Source: a virus. From it: 64,000 bases of DNA. Made by a program: the position numbers and the translations under genes. This document shows, in pieces, positions 1 through 10,280 of this stretch; position 1 is the stretch's first letter; every line of letters begins with the position of its first letter. The notes under the pieces are model-generated. The model saw only the letters and a program-made list of their open reading frames with translations, did no database searches and was not told where the DNA came from. The stretch lies in the IMG/VR virus record IMGVR_UViG_2663763457_000002; one strand, given 5' to 3'.

Positions 1-246
1 TTCTGAAACGATTGAAGGATAGGACGGGCTATGAATGGTTTTTTCCAGAGGGACAGGTACCAGGATGGGTGGGAAAATACGGTAAATAAATCAAAGATGC
101 TCCACATGCGAACCTCTTCCCTCTTCTTCTCAATTAACTAGTAAATGAATCGCCACCTACTCGAGTGGGGTCAGTCCCGACGGTTAAACAAGCGGCGATT
201 CAACGGTGAATTTCCGCTTCACGCCCTGAGACATTCGACAAGCTTT

Positions 247-1485
247 TTATGGCTTCAGTAAGGGCGAGTGGCGCGCTTCGAGAGCCAGCAAATATTTTGC
301 TTCATCGTACTGGGTTCTGGCCTTCCAGCAGCGGTAAATGATCCTTATCCATTTGAACGCCAGTGCCCGGATCGCAGACTGATGAGATTTGCCCTTCTCT
401 CTGAGGCCCTGATAATACAGTCTGGCCCAGTATGATGAATTAACCGTCTTGGCAGCCCATTCAACAAAGGTTTGCCTGACGAACTTGGCACACTGCCATC
501 GCCAGTGAACCCAGGATTTCTGGCCACTTCGTTCTGTCACCGGTGCAATACCTGCGTAGTTTTGAATTTCTTCAGCGCTGTTAAACCGGTCACGGTTATC
601 ACCAAGTGCAGCAAGCATTCGTGGGCCCATACACGGCCCCATGCCCGGAAGTGATTTGAACAGCTCCGCATCTGGCAATGTGTCAAACAACGCTTCGATT
701 CGTTCGTCATAGGTTTTGATGATTTCACTCACGACTTTAATTTGTGTCGCCAGTGCTGTTGCCATCAAAGCATTAGCCTCTATAACGCTCGGGTCTGTAG
801 TCAATGGGATCGCGTTATCAATACTCGCAACACGTTGCTCGGTAAGAGCCATTGCGCGGCCACCTTTGGCATTCAGAAAGTTGCGGATCGTGTCGCGCCT
901 CGCTCGTTTCAGTTGTTGCAGACTGGGCCACCGGATAATCAGCTCACACAATAGTAAGCTACCCCGATGTGAGAACCACTCCAGTGGCTGAGGATAATAC
1001 TGTTTAAGTGTGTTGATTATCCGGTTCACAAAACGGCGTTTATCTTCAACCAGCTGACGGCGCTGCTCAACCAGTTGCTGGAGTAACCGGATATCCGCAT
1101 TGTCGGGTTCAATGGCTTTTATCTTTTGGGGATAACGCAGCATTAACTCTAATGCCAGCTCGGCATCCTGCGGGTCATCTTTAGCGCCGCTGGGCGAGAA
1201 GGCCTGCCGGTAACGGGCCAGGGACAAAGCGTGGACGGGGAAAACGGTGATAAATGGATATTTCTGAAGAGCATACACCACGGGACCTTTCTTCAGCTCA
1301 ACGGCGATAGCGATCCTGCCTTTTACCTTCTGGTGTAACTCGGTAAGCCAGACATCAAGTGCTTCCGGCGTATGTTCAATCACATGGAATGTGCGTTCAC
1401 CGTTTTTAAACTGAACACAGACATCGTGCTTTTTATCTGCCCAGTCCAGACCAACGTGCGCAGCAAATTGATTAGTCGCAGTCAT
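247..1485 (-). CDS. IS110-family transposase/recombinase
   Basis: N-terminal VGLDWADKKHDV, KDDPQDA, C-terminal SLPGMGP...AGIAPVTERSG. RBS AAGGAG precedes ATG at 1485 (the ORF track starts at 1524). Confidence 0.93.
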   Translation of the reverse strand: MTATNQFAAHVGLDWADKKHDVCVQFKNGERTFHVIEHTPEALDVWLTELHQKVKGRIAIAVELKKGPVVYALQKYPFITVFPVHALSLARYRQAFSPSGAKDDPQDAELALELMLRYPQKIKAIEPDNADIRLLQQLVEQRRQLVEDKRRFVNRIINTLKQYYPQPLEWFSHRGSLLLCELIIRWPSLQQLKRARRDTIRNFLNAKGGRAMALTEQRVASIDNAIPLTTDPSVIEANALMATALATQIKVVSEIIKTYDERIEALFDTLPDAELFKSLPGMGPCMGPRMLAALGDNRDRFNSAEEIQNYAGIAPVTERSGQKSWVHWRWQCAKFVRQTFVEWAAKTVNSSYWARLYYQGLREKGKSHQSAIRALAFKWIRIIYRCWKARTQYDEAKYLLALEARHSPLLKP

Positions 1486-1499
1486 CACCAACTCCTTTT

Positions 1500-1702
1500 T
1501 ATCGGGGATTGGTATGCATTCCACGCTCTTCGAAAGAAATATAGCCAGCAGTTTATCTGCATGCCCTGAGTATTCGTTAGCGAACGTGGAGCACCCACTG
1601 GCTCGAAAGAAAAGCGGCGATCATCACGTGATTCTCGCTCAATATTCGTAACCAGTAAGCGCATACCCTGAATCACTTAAAGTGTAATTCTCAGGGTGCG
1701 AA
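1500..1702 (-). ncRNA. Putative IS110 bridge RNA (5' hairpin, target-binding loop, donor-binding loop)
   Basis: Non-coding left end. CTCAGGGC and CTATATTTC match the two halves of the IS circle junction; TGAGCG and CCGCTT match the insertion-site flanks. RNA ends are approximate. Confidence 0.75.
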
Positions 1703-2006
1703 TGACTATATTTCGCTCATAGCTGACCAGTAGTAGCAACAATGTTGCCAAAGTGTTCGTTAGGATGCGAACACGATTAAGTTCTAAGTACTTTTTGCGT
1801 ATCCAAAGATCTCCCCTCTGCTCAATATAGTGACGGCGTTAAACGCGGACTAATCATCCTTTAACATTAAAATAGGTATTCACTTACTTATATATTTTGT
1901 CATAATCGTGTGCCTGTAGATTTTCTTATGTGCCGTGTTGTCTGGGTTGTTCGCCTCTTAAACACGCTTAATATCTGTATCAAAATAACCACAAAGGAAA
2001 AGACAC

Positions 2007-3092
2007 ATGACATTGCCATACGGGGTGATATCAGATCCCCATTATCATCGTTGGGATGCTTTTGCGACAACAAACGCTGACGGGCTGAACTCTCGACTAG
2101 AGATCCAACTGGACGCCACGAAAGAAGCTGCCAAAGCCATGAAAGCTGCGGGCTGCAAGCACATGCTGGTGGCTGGTGATACCTTCCATGTTCGTGGTGC
2201 TATCTCGCCTTCCGTCCTGCATTTCGTGACCGAAACTTACGAGTGGATCATCAAAGAGTTGGGCCTCGAAGTTGTTATGCTGGCCGGCAACCACGACCTC
2301 GAAACCAACGATTCCGTATACAGCGCCAATGCAGCGGCCTCTCTGCGCTCAATCGGTGTGGAAATCGTCTGCGGCAAACGTCCTCACTCCATCAAAATGG
2401 GCGACGTTACCGTCCACCTGATTAGCTGGCGCAATAACCACGCAGAGCTTATCAGCGACCTCAAAACACTGCGTTCCGGGCTGGATGGCGACAACCATGA
2501 TGTCGTTGTGCATACCTCGATCAACAAAGCGATCCCCACCATGCCTGATGTCGGCATCGACGCACAGGAACTGAAAGATATCGGCTTCCGTTTGTTGCTG
2601 TCCGGACACTACCACAACCACAAAGAAGTGCTGCCTGGAGTGGTTAGCATCGGGGCGCTGACGCACCAGAATTGGGGCGATGTTGGTTCGCTGGCTGGCT
2701 TCATGATCGTCAACCCTGACGGCACATTCACCCACCACGAAACTTCTGCGCCAAAGTTCGTGAACCTTGAGGACGATGTGGAAGACGACCAAATCCGCGG
2801 TAACTACGTGCGCTTCCGTGCCGTTGTTGAGAGCGATGAAGAAGGCATCAAACTCCAGAACGTCCTGAAGACAATGGGCGCGAAGGGGGTCGTCTGCAAC
2901 TTCATCCGCAAGGCATCGATGATGGAAGGCACTGCCAGTACTGCGGAGACCAGCAAAATAGACAGCCTGGGCGAGTCCGTCGCGGCGTACTGCAAGATCG
3001 TTCACGACACTGACGGCGGCTTCGACCTGAGCAAGCTGGACATGCTGTGTCAGGAGATCCTGACCGAAGCGGAGAGTGCGGAGGCAGTGTGA
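2007..3092 (+). CDS. SbcD/Mre11-like metallophosphoesterase nuclease (gp47-like)
   Basis: Motifs SDPH, AGDTFH, AGNHD, GHYH; lies upstream of an SbcC-like ATPase. Confidence 0.88.
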   Translation: MTLPYGVISDPHYHRWDAFATTNADGLNSRLEIQLDATKEAAKAMKAAGCKHMLVAGDTFHVRGAISPSVLHFVTETYEWIIKELGLEVVMLAGNHDLETNDSVYSANAAASLRSIGVEIVCGKRPHSIKMGDVTVHLISWRNNHAELISDLKTLRSGLDGDNHDVVVHTSINKAIPTMPDVGIDAQELKDIGFRLLLSGHYHNHKEVLPGVVSIGALTHQNWGDVGSLAGFMIVNPDGTFTHHETSAPKFVNLEDDVEDDQIRGNYVRFRAVVESDEEGIKLQNVLKTMGAKGVVCNFIRKASMMEGTASTAETSKIDSLGESVAAYCKIVHDTDGGFDLSKLDMLCQEILTEAESAEAV

Positions 3093-3325
3093 GTACGAGC
3101 CATTCTGGGAGCTTTCGGGACTTCATCTCCACGATGAAAAGACTTGAACGAGGCCAGACGGTGATGTTCCACAAGCCCTACCCACCCAACGGAAACCCTG
3201 TGGCGTTTTATCTGGGAAGACTGAGCAAACAAGGCGTACTGAAACGGAGATCTTTCCCGGCCCACACAGAGTTTCAACTGCGAAAAGGCCAGCATTTGAA
3301 TCAAAAAGTTAGAGGCATTGTATGA
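3089..3325 (+). CDS. Hypothetical protein
   Basis: GTGA and ATGA overlaps with both neighbours; fills the gap between them. Confidence 0.6.
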   Translation: MSTSHSGSFRDFISTMKRLERGQTVMFHKPYPPNGNPVAFYLGRLSKQGVLKRRSFPAHTEFQLRKGQHLNQKVRGIV

Positions 3326-5238
3326 AATTTCTAAAGCTCCAGGTTGAGAACTTCATGGCGTTAGCCAGCGCCGAAGTTGAGTTAGACCAACGCGGTCTGG
3401 TGCTCATTCAGGGTGTTAACAGTGGCGACTCTTCTGCTGCCAGCAATGGCGCGGGCAAATCGACTTTGATGAACAGCCTGATGTGGTGTCTGTATGGCGA
3501 AACTGCGCATGGCGTCAAAGGTGACGACGTGCTGTCTACAGGTCACGAGAAAAACTGTCGTGTGATGGTGACTGTTGAGGATGAAGGAAAGCGTTACGCC
3601 ATCATTCGCCACCGCAAACACAAAGAGTTCAAGAACCGGCTGATCGTCCGTGGCGAAGACGGTGATATGACCAAAGGCAAAGACACACTGACGCAGGAGT
3701 TCGTTGAACGCCTGATTGGGGCATCGAAAGAGGTGTTCATGGCGTCCATCTACGCCAGTCAGGAAGCAATGCCAGATCTGCCGGGTATGTCTGACAAGAA
3801 CCTCAAAACCATCGTTGAAGAAGCCGCTGGCGTCGACCGGTTAACGCGAGCCTATGCCATTGCTCGCGAGCGTGCTAATGCAGCTGCCGCACGCATGGAT
3901 GTTACAAAATCCAAAATGGACGCCTGTCTCACGCTTATCGAGACCGCGCAGTCAGAGATTGAGGCGGCCAAAGCGTCCTCTGATAGTTGGGAACGCGATC
4001 GCGGCGAACGTCTGGACAAGGCCCGTGTCGATTTGGCTGGCGCGGAGGTAACGCTGTCTGAAGTCGTGATGGAAATTCGCTCGCTGCCGGAACAGATCCG
4101 GGATACGGAAAACGCGATTGCTGGCGAACGCAGCAAGCTGGCTTCCAAAGAAGAGCATGACGCCAAACTGCTGAAGGTGCGCGGTGCGATTACGGAGATC
4201 CGCTCAAGCATCCGCACTTCAGAAGCGGCACAGAACGAGTCGATGAACCGTGCTCGCTCGTTTAAAACCAAAGCAGAAGAGGTCAGCACAAAGGTCGGAG
4301 CACCTTGTTTTACGTGCGGAAAGCCCTACTGCGAAGAAGATTTGTCCACCGTGAAGGAGAGTTTCATTGAACAAGCGCGTAATGAGATCGGCCAGGCGCA
4401 GGCATCAGCAGCGGCAGTGGCTCAACACAAAGCTCGTCTTGAGAAAGCGCTCGGCATCGAGTCTGCACTGGTCTCAGCCACACCCGACGTCTCAGAAATC
4501 ATCGCCAGAATCGAACGCCTGACCAATGAGCTAAGTGCGCTGCGTCATCGCGAACGTGAAGTTGTGACCGTCGAAGCGATGGTGGCGCGGGCGCGTACCG
4601 ACATGAATCGCATTATGGCAGAGGTAAACCCATTTCTGGCCGTTATTAAGCGTCATGAAGACAACCTGGCTGCCAATAAATCTAATCATGCAGTACTTAA
4701 AAATGAGTTAAAGAGTATTCAGGAACAGGCTCTGTTGCTGGAGAAAGCTCGCCAGGTTTACTCCCCAGCTGGTGTGCGTTCACACATCCTGACCTCTGTT
4801 ACGCCTTTCCTGAACATCAGAACTGCGGAGTATCTCAACACGCTGTCGGACGGCAACATCGTTGCCGAATGGTCGACAATGGAGACAACGAAGAAAGGCG
4901 AGTATCGCGACAAATTCAATATCAGCGTGACCAAAACAGGCTCCAGCAAATCCTTCCAGACGTTGTCTGGTGGCGAGAAGCGTAAGGTACGCATTGCGTG
5001 CTCTCTTGCCTTGCAGGATCTGGTTGCCAGTCGTGCCAGTAAGAATATTGAGTTGTTTATCGGCGATGAAATTGACGACGCGCTCGACACTGCCGGTCTG
5101 GAGCGTCTCATGGGGATTCTGGAAGCCAAAGCGCGTGAACGCGGCACAGTGATGATCATCTCCCACAAAGAGATGAAATCGTGGTTCCGGGAAACCATCA
5201 CAGTCGAAGTCAAAGAGGGGCGCAGCTATGTCGTTTAA
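3322..5238 (+). CDS. SbcC/Rad50-like ATPase (gp46-like)
   Basis: Walker A NGAGKS, coiled coil with CFTCG zinc hook, LSGGE signature, IGDEIDDALD Walker B/D-loop, ISH. Confidence 0.92.
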   Translation: MKFLKLQVENFMALASAEVELDQRGLVLIQGVNSGDSSAASNGAGKSTLMNSLMWCLYGETAHGVKGDDVLSTGHEKNCRVMVTVEDEGKRYAIIRHRKHKEFKNRLIVRGEDGDMTKGKDTLTQEFVERLIGASKEVFMASIYASQEAMPDLPGMSDKNLKTIVEEAAGVDRLTRAYAIARERANAAAARMDVTKSKMDACLTLIETAQSEIEAAKASSDSWERDRGERLDKARVDLAGAEVTLSEVVMEIRSLPEQIRDTENAIAGERSKLASKEEHDAKLLKVRGAITEIRSSIRTSEAAQNESMNRARSFKTKAEEVSTKVGAPCFTCGKPYCEEDLSTVKESFIEQARNEIGQAQASAAAVAQHKARLEKALGIESALVSATPDVSEIIARIERLTNELSALRHREREVVTVEAMVARARTDMNRIMAEVNPFLAVIKRHEDNLAANKSNHAVLKNELKSIQEQALLLEKARQVYSPAGVRSHILTSVTPFLNIRTAEYLNTLSDGNIVAEWSTMETTKKGEYRDKFNISVTKTGSSKSFQTLSGGEKRKVRIACSLALQDLVASRASKNIELFIGDEIDDALDTAGLERLMGILEAKARERGTVMIISHKEMKSWFRETITVEVKEGRSYVV

Positions 5239-5974
5239 CTTGAGCCGCACGCAGTTTTTGCAGATGTTTGCCGTGATGCAGTCTATAAAGCTGATAAACC
5301 ACCATACGGCAAAAGCAGCTGCGCCTGCACTTTTGTGGAAAAACGAAAACATCAATGACGACCAGTTCGCGGTATTAACCAGTCTGTTGTCATCGACTCC
5401 GTTGATGCCGAGTTTGTCTATGCTGCCGTCAGGAAGCACTGCGCCGATCCTTATTAATCCATTTACGGAAGGTGGATATCTCCCACATTCTGGGCCGGGG
5501 TTCGTTGTGATTCCTGAAACCGGAACGCTGAACATCCAAGAAAATGCACTCTTCAATGCAATGGAGACGCACATCAGCACCGCATTCACTAATCTGATTC
5601 GACACGCTAACGCACGCGCGGATCACGTTGCAATGCCGGGTGCTGCCTTCGCCAGCTTCTCTGTTGACTATGACCGGCACGCGCCAATTTCAAAGCGGGC
5701 GAAACTCTGCTTTTACGAGGAGGGATGTGAAGTAGCGATTATTGAAGTTCTTCTCCCCCATGTATTCAGCGCGAATGAAACGGCTGCACACCATCTGATC
5801 GACATCATGCGGCATTTCATCGGCCAGAGCATGATCGATGCAGACATTGCTGCAGGCGTTCTAACCAACGATAGCATTCACGTTGTTAGCGACATTCCGA
5901 AGCCGCCAACTCGCGAGCCGGAAAAGACACTTGAACAGAAACTAATGGAATGCCCAACCTGGGCTACGTGGTAA
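5228..5974 (+). CDS. Hypothetical protein
   Basis: 248-aa ORF overlapping the sbcC-like stop, RBS GAGGGG. Confidence 0.7.
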   Translation: MSFNLSRTQFLQMFAVMQSIKLINHHTAKAAAPALLWKNENINDDQFAVLTSLLSSTPLMPSLSMLPSGSTAPILINPFTEGGYLPHSGPGFVVIPETGTLNIQENALFNAMETHISTAFTNLIRHANARADHVAMPGAAFASFSVDYDRHAPISKRAKLCFYEEGCEVAIIEVLLPHVFSANETAAHHLIDIMRHFIGQSMIDADIAAGVLTNDSIHVVSDIPKPPTREPEKTLEQKLMECPTWATW

Positions 5975-5985
5975 GGAGACCAAAA

Positions 5986-6555
5986 ATGAGTAAAACCATT
6001 CGTGTGGTCGGCGTCGACCCTTCAATGAGCAACTTTGGCCTGGCGATTGGCACGCTGGATCTGGAAACGGATAAGCTGGACATTCATGGCCTGACATTGG
6101 TGGAAACCAAAGCTGGCGGCAACAAGAAGACGGTTCGCGTAAACAGCGACGATCTGCGCCGCGCTAATGAAATCTGGCGTACCGCCAAGCCCATAATCGA
6201 GCAGGCTCATATGGTGTTTTGCGAATTGCCGGTTGGTAGCCAATCGAGTCGCTCTCAGACCTCATACGGCATCTGCATTGGCGTACTGGCGTGCGTGGAT
6301 AAGCCACTGATACAGGTCACGCCAAACGAGATTAAGCACTATGTCGGGAATAAGCTGACCACGTCGAAGGAAGAGATCATTCAGTGGGCTACGCAGAAGC
6401 AACCAAACGCCCCGTGGTTGCGCCGGAAGCAATCTGGCAAGGAAGTGCTGGTGAATAAAAACGAGCACCTTGCGGACGCTGTCGCGTCGATTTACACCGG
6501 TATGCAAACAGATCAATTCCGTCAGGTTCGCGATGTTCTTGCAGGAATTTTATAA
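5986..6555 (+). CDS. RuvC-like Holliday junction resolvase
   Basis: VVGVDPS, FCE, PNEIK, HLADA catalytic pattern; RBS AAGGAG before 5986. Confidence 0.82.
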   Translation: MSKTIRVVGVDPSMSNFGLAIGTLDLETDKLDIHGLTLVETKAGGNKKTVRVNSDDLRRANEIWRTAKPIIEQAHMVFCELPVGSQSSRSQTSYGICIGVLACVDKPLIQVTPNEIKHYVGNKLTTSKEEIIQWATQKQPNAPWLRRKQSGKEVLVNKNEHLADAVASIYTGMQTDQFRQVRDVLAGIL

Positions 6556-6563
6556 GTCGGTAA

Positions 6564-6592
6564 TTGATAGGTAAGTACTTATCTATTAACAT
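6564..6592 (+). promoter_or_regulatory. sigma70-like nrdA promoter with a 20-bp palindromic operator across the spacer
   Basis: TTGATA-17-TAACAT; ATAGGTAAGTACTTATCTAT at 6567-6586. Confidence 0.6.
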
Positions 6593-6593
6593 G

Positions 6594-6622
6594 AGGCCAC
6601 TATATTTAGTGGCCTTTTTTAT
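6594..6622 (+). terminator. Intrinsic terminator-like hairpin (AGGCCAC family)
   Basis: AGGCCACTA-tatt-TAGTGGCCT followed by a T run. Confidence 0.6.
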
Positions 6623-6632
6623 TGGGTGATAC

Positions 6633-8948
6633 ATGATAAGCATCGTAAAACGTAACGGTTCCACTGAGCCGTTGTCAGAGGAAAAATACAACCGCGTTGT
6701 GATGTGGGGAGTCGAAAACATTCGCAACGTTAGCGCGTCTGCTGTCGCTATGGGCGCTGCTGCCAGCATTTTCGACGGAATGACCACCTGCCAGCTGCAT
6801 GAGGCGCTGGTGAAGTCCGCTGCCGATCTGATCTCTCCGGAAACCCCGAACTACTCGCAGGTTGCCGCGCGACTGAGCCTGTTCAAGATCCGCAAGGACG
6901 CCTTCGGCCAGTATGACTACCCGAATTTTTACAATCACATCGTCAGCAACGTCAGTCGTGGCGTTTACGATGAAGACCTTCTCAAGTACTACTCTCAGGA
7001 AGAAATTGCCGAGCTGGGCGTGTACATCAAGCCTAAGCGCGACGAATACTTCGGCTATGCCGCCACCGTGCAGCTGGCGAGCAAGTATCTCGTTCAAAAC
7101 CGTGTAACTGGCGCTATCTACGAAGGGCCACAGCAACTCTACATGCTGGTCGGCATGTGCCTGTTCCAGAATTGGGAAGATGGCTGCGCCGGTAAGACGC
7201 GTCTGGAGATGGTTAAGGGCTTCTACGATGTGACCAGTACATTCAAGCTGTCTCTGCCAACGACAATTATGGCCGGCGTGCGCACCCCTACTCGCCAGTT
7301 CTCCAGCTGCGTGCTGATTGAAGCTGCTGATAGTCTGAAAGGGATTAGCGCTGCGTCTTCCGCAATCATCGACTACGTGTCACGTCGCGCGGGCATTGGT
7401 ATTGGTTTTGGGCGTCTGCGTGCGCTGGGCAGTGAGATCCGCAATGGCGAGGCCATCCACACTGGCGTTATTCCATTCCTGAAACACTTCCAGACGGCGG
7501 TGAAATCCTGCTCTCAGGGCGGTGTTCGCGGCGGCGCTGCTACAGCGTTCTATCCGATCTGGCACTTGGAAGTTGAAAGTCTGCTGGTGCTGAAAAACAA
7601 CCGTGGCATTGAAGAGAACCGCGTTCGTCATCTCGACTATGGCGTGATGATCAACCGTCTGATGTATCGCCGCCTGGTGCGCAACGAAAACATTACGCTG
7701 TTCAGCCCACACGATGTGCCGGGCCTGTACGACGCGTTCTTTGTTGATCAGGACAAGTTCGAAGAGCTGTACCTGAAGTACGAAGCCGACGAGAGCATCC
7801 GTAAGAAATCTATCCCGGCCGTCGACCTGTTCTCTACGCTGATGCAGGAGCGTGCCTCCACTGGTCGTGTTTATATTGCCAACGTCGACCACATGAACGA
7901 GCACGGCGCATTCGTTCCGGAAATTGCACCGGTACACCAGTCCAATCTCTGTATGGAGATCACGCTACCGACCAAGCCACTGGCGTTCACTGACGATCCG
8001 AACGGGGAAATCGCGCTTTGCACCCTGTCTGCGTTCAACCTGGGCGCGATCCGCACGCTGGACTCACTGAAAGACGTGGCGTTTTACGCTGTGGCGGCAC
8101 TGGACTCTCTGCTCGACTATCAGGACTACCCGATGGCTGCTGCAGAAATCCCGGCTAAAGCTCGTCGTAGTCTGGGTATTGGCGTGACCAACTTTGCTTA
8201 CTATCTGGCGAAGAACGGCTTTAACTACTCTGACGCTGCGGGCAACCAGCTGGTTCATGAGACCTTCGAAGCCATTCAGTACTACCTGCTCGATGCGAGC
8301 TGCCGACTGGCCGAAGCGAAAGGTGCATGTGACTGGTTCTCCCACACCAAATACGCACAGGGCCAGCTGCCAGTCGACCACTATCGCAAAACGCTGGATA
8401 CCAACCCGGAGACATCTTTCGAGCTGAAAATGACGTGGGAAGAGCTGCGTGGCCGTATCCGTGAGCATGGTCTGCGTAACTCCACTCTGACCGCTCAAAT
8501 GCCGTGTGAGACGTCCAGCCAGATCACCAACTCCACCAATGGTATTGAGCCGCCCCGCGGCCCGGTGTCCGTGAAGTCTTCCAAAGACGGCATCGTGAAG
8601 ATGGTCGTTCCGGACTTCGCTCAACTGAAAGACCAGTACGAGTACCTGTGGGATATGCCGGATAACCGCGGCTATCTGACTAAGGTGGCCATCATTCAGA
8701 AGTTCTTCGATCAGGCCATCTCTGCGAACACCAACTACGACCCGACTCGCTTCCCTGGCGACAAGGTTCCAATGATGAAGCTGCTGGAAGATCTGCTGTT
8801 TGCGTATCAGCAAGGTGTGAAGACGCTTTATTACCACAACACGCGTGATGGCGCTGGTAAGCGTGATGACGACGATCAGGTGTCAGAACCTTCCGCTGCG
8901 GAGGTTGTTGAGCCAGAAGATGAGTGCGATGGCGCGTGCAAAATCTGA
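6633..8948 (+). CDS. nrdA: Class Ia ribonucleotide reductase alpha subunit
   Basis: ATP-cone start (IVKRNG), FSSCVL, SQGGVRGG, SNLCMEI, KTLYY, C-terminal CDGACKI. Confidence 0.97.
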   Translation: MISIVKRNGSTEPLSEEKYNRVVMWGVENIRNVSASAVAMGAAASIFDGMTTCQLHEALVKSAADLISPETPNYSQVAARLSLFKIRKDAFGQYDYPNFYNHIVSNVSRGVYDEDLLKYYSQEEIAELGVYIKPKRDEYFGYAATVQLASKYLVQNRVTGAIYEGPQQLYMLVGMCLFQNWEDGCAGKTRLEMVKGFYDVTSTFKLSLPTTIMAGVRTPTRQFSSCVLIEAADSLKGISAASSAIIDYVSRRAGIGIGFGRLRALGSEIRNGEAIHTGVIPFLKHFQTAVKSCSQGGVRGGAATAFYPIWHLEVESLLVLKNNRGIEENRVRHLDYGVMINRLMYRRLVRNENITLFSPHDVPGLYDAFFVDQDKFEELYLKYEADESIRKKSIPAVDLFSTLMQERASTGRVYIANVDHMNEHGAFVPEIAPVHQSNLCMEITLPTKPLAFTDDPNGEIALCTLSAFNLGAIRTLDSLKDVAFYAVAALDSLLDYQDYPMAAAEIPAKARRSLGIGVTNFAYYLAKNGFNYSDAAGNQLVHETFEAIQYYLLDASCRLAEAKGACDWFSHTKYAQGQLPVDHYRKTLDTNPETSFELKMTWEELRGRIREHGLRNSTLTAQMPCETSSQITNSTNGIEPPRGPVSVKSSKDGIVKMVVPDFAQLKDQYEYLWDMPDNRGYLTKVAIIQKFFDQAISANTNYDPTRFPGDKVPMMKLLEDLLFAYQQGVKTLYYHNTRDGAGKRDDDDQVSEPSAAEVVEPEDECDGACKI

Positions 8949-9055
8949 TGGGCGTGGGGAGAAATCCCCACCTTTTCATTGAGTTGAGTGCCTTGTTTAA
9001 ACCAATAAGATAACAATTTTTTTAAAGCCATTTGATAACATTCAGAGGGAAACAC

Positions 9056-10198
9056 ATGACTTATTCTACTTTCCGTTTGGGCGCTAACGACGCAACGAAG
9101 GAACCTATGTTCCTCGGCCAGTCTGTCAACGTAGCACGCTACGATCAGCAAAAGTACCGTGACTTCGAAAAGCTGATTGAGAAACAACTTTCGTTCTTCT
9201 GGCGCCCTGAAGAAGTCGACATTACCACTGACCGCATCGACTTCAATACCAAGCTGCAAGAGCACGAGCGCCATATTTTCCTGAGCAACCTGCGTTACCA
9301 GACGCTGTTGGATTCCGTTCAGGGTCGCAGTCCTAACGCAACACTGCTGCCGCTGATCTCCATTCCTGAGCTGGAGACATGGGTCGAGACCTGGTCGTTC
9401 TCCGAGACGATTCACAGCCGCAGCTATACGCACATTATCCGCGGTATGGTGGATGACCCGAGCATCGTTTTCGACGGCATCGTCACGGACGAAGAGATCA
9501 TCAGCCGGGCTGTAAGCATCTCAAGCGAATATGACAGACTGTACGAAATGACCTGCGCTCGCCAGCATCTTGGCGAAGACGAATTTGAACGGCTGTATGT
9601 CAGCGAGTTTGATGGCAAGCCCTACCCTCTCCAGCGCCAGCTGTTCCGAACACTGGTGTCGGTGAATGCACTGGAGGCGATTCGCTTCTACGTGAGCTTT
9701 GCGTGTACGTTCGCCTTTGGTGAGCGGAAGCTGCTGGAGGGCAACACGAAGATCATGCGCTTTATCGCGCGCGACGAGGCTCTACATTGCGAAGGTACTG
9801 AACGCATGATCCGCTTTATGCGTACCGGTCGTGAAGGTCTGATGTGGAAGATGATTGCCGCAGAAGAAGAGAGCTTCATCTATCAGACCATGATGGACGT
9901 GGCCGGGCAGGAAATGCGCTGGGCTGACTATCTGTTTAAAGACGGCTCAATGATTGGCTTGAATGCCGGCATCCTCAAATGCTATGTGAAATACCGCACC
10001 AACCTGGCAATGCGTCGTCTTGGGCTGCGACCGCTGTTCCCGGAAATTAAAGACGATCCACTGGTATGGATGAACAAATGGCTGCTGTCAGACACCCTGC
10101 AGATCGCTCCGCAGGAAGCTGAACAAAGCAACTACCTCGTCGGCCAGATTGATTCCGCCGTCGATCGCTCCGGACTGAGCCAGTTCGCAGACCTTTAA
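9056..10198 (+). CDS. nrdB: Class Ia ribonucleotide reductase beta subunit
   Basis: [33 protein letters not shown]. Confidence 0.97.
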   Translation: MTYSTFRLGANDATKEPMFLGQSVNVARYDQQKYRDFEKLIEKQLSFFWRPEEVDITTDRIDFNTKLQEHERHIFLSNLRYQTLLDSVQGRSPNATLLPLISIPELETWVETWSFSETIHSRSYTHIIRGMVDDPSIVFDGIVTDEEIISRAVSISSEYDRLYEMTCARQHLGEDEFERLYVSEFDGKPYPLQRQLFRTLVSVNALEAIRFYVSFACTFAFGERKLLEGNTKIMRFIARDEALHCEGTERMIRFMRTGREGLMWKMIAAEEESFIYQTMMDVAGQEMRWADYLFKDGSMIGLNAGILKCYVKYRTNLAMRRLGLRPLFPEIKDDPLVWMNKWLLSDTLQIAPQEAEQSNYLVGQIDSAVDRSGLSQFADL

Positions 10199-10280
10199 GC
10201 CGAGTTTAACCACTTTGTGGCCTGGCGCTGCTGGGTCACAATTGACGCATCAAATGAAGTCCAAAGGAAAGAAAGAAGAC

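Larger units (their letters stand above)
222..1716 (-). mobile_element. IS110-family insertion sequence (about 1.49 kb)
   Basis: DEDD transposase inside and no terminal inverted repeats. A shared CGC core at 222-224 and 1714-1716 marks the ends. Joining the ends creates TTGTCG-17 bp-TATAGT, the typical circle-junction promoter. Confidence 0.85.

Noticed and set aside
1..221. Short ORFs beside the IS110 (minus strand from 107; a frame crossing the empty site)
   Set aside because: They are truncated by the window edge or lack a start codon, and have no recognisable product.
1753..1774. GTGTTCGT-TAGGAT-GCGAACAC GGA-loop hairpin
   Set aside because: It resembles the CsrA-type hairpins but lies about 230 nt from any start codon, so it may be chance. 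Not counted.
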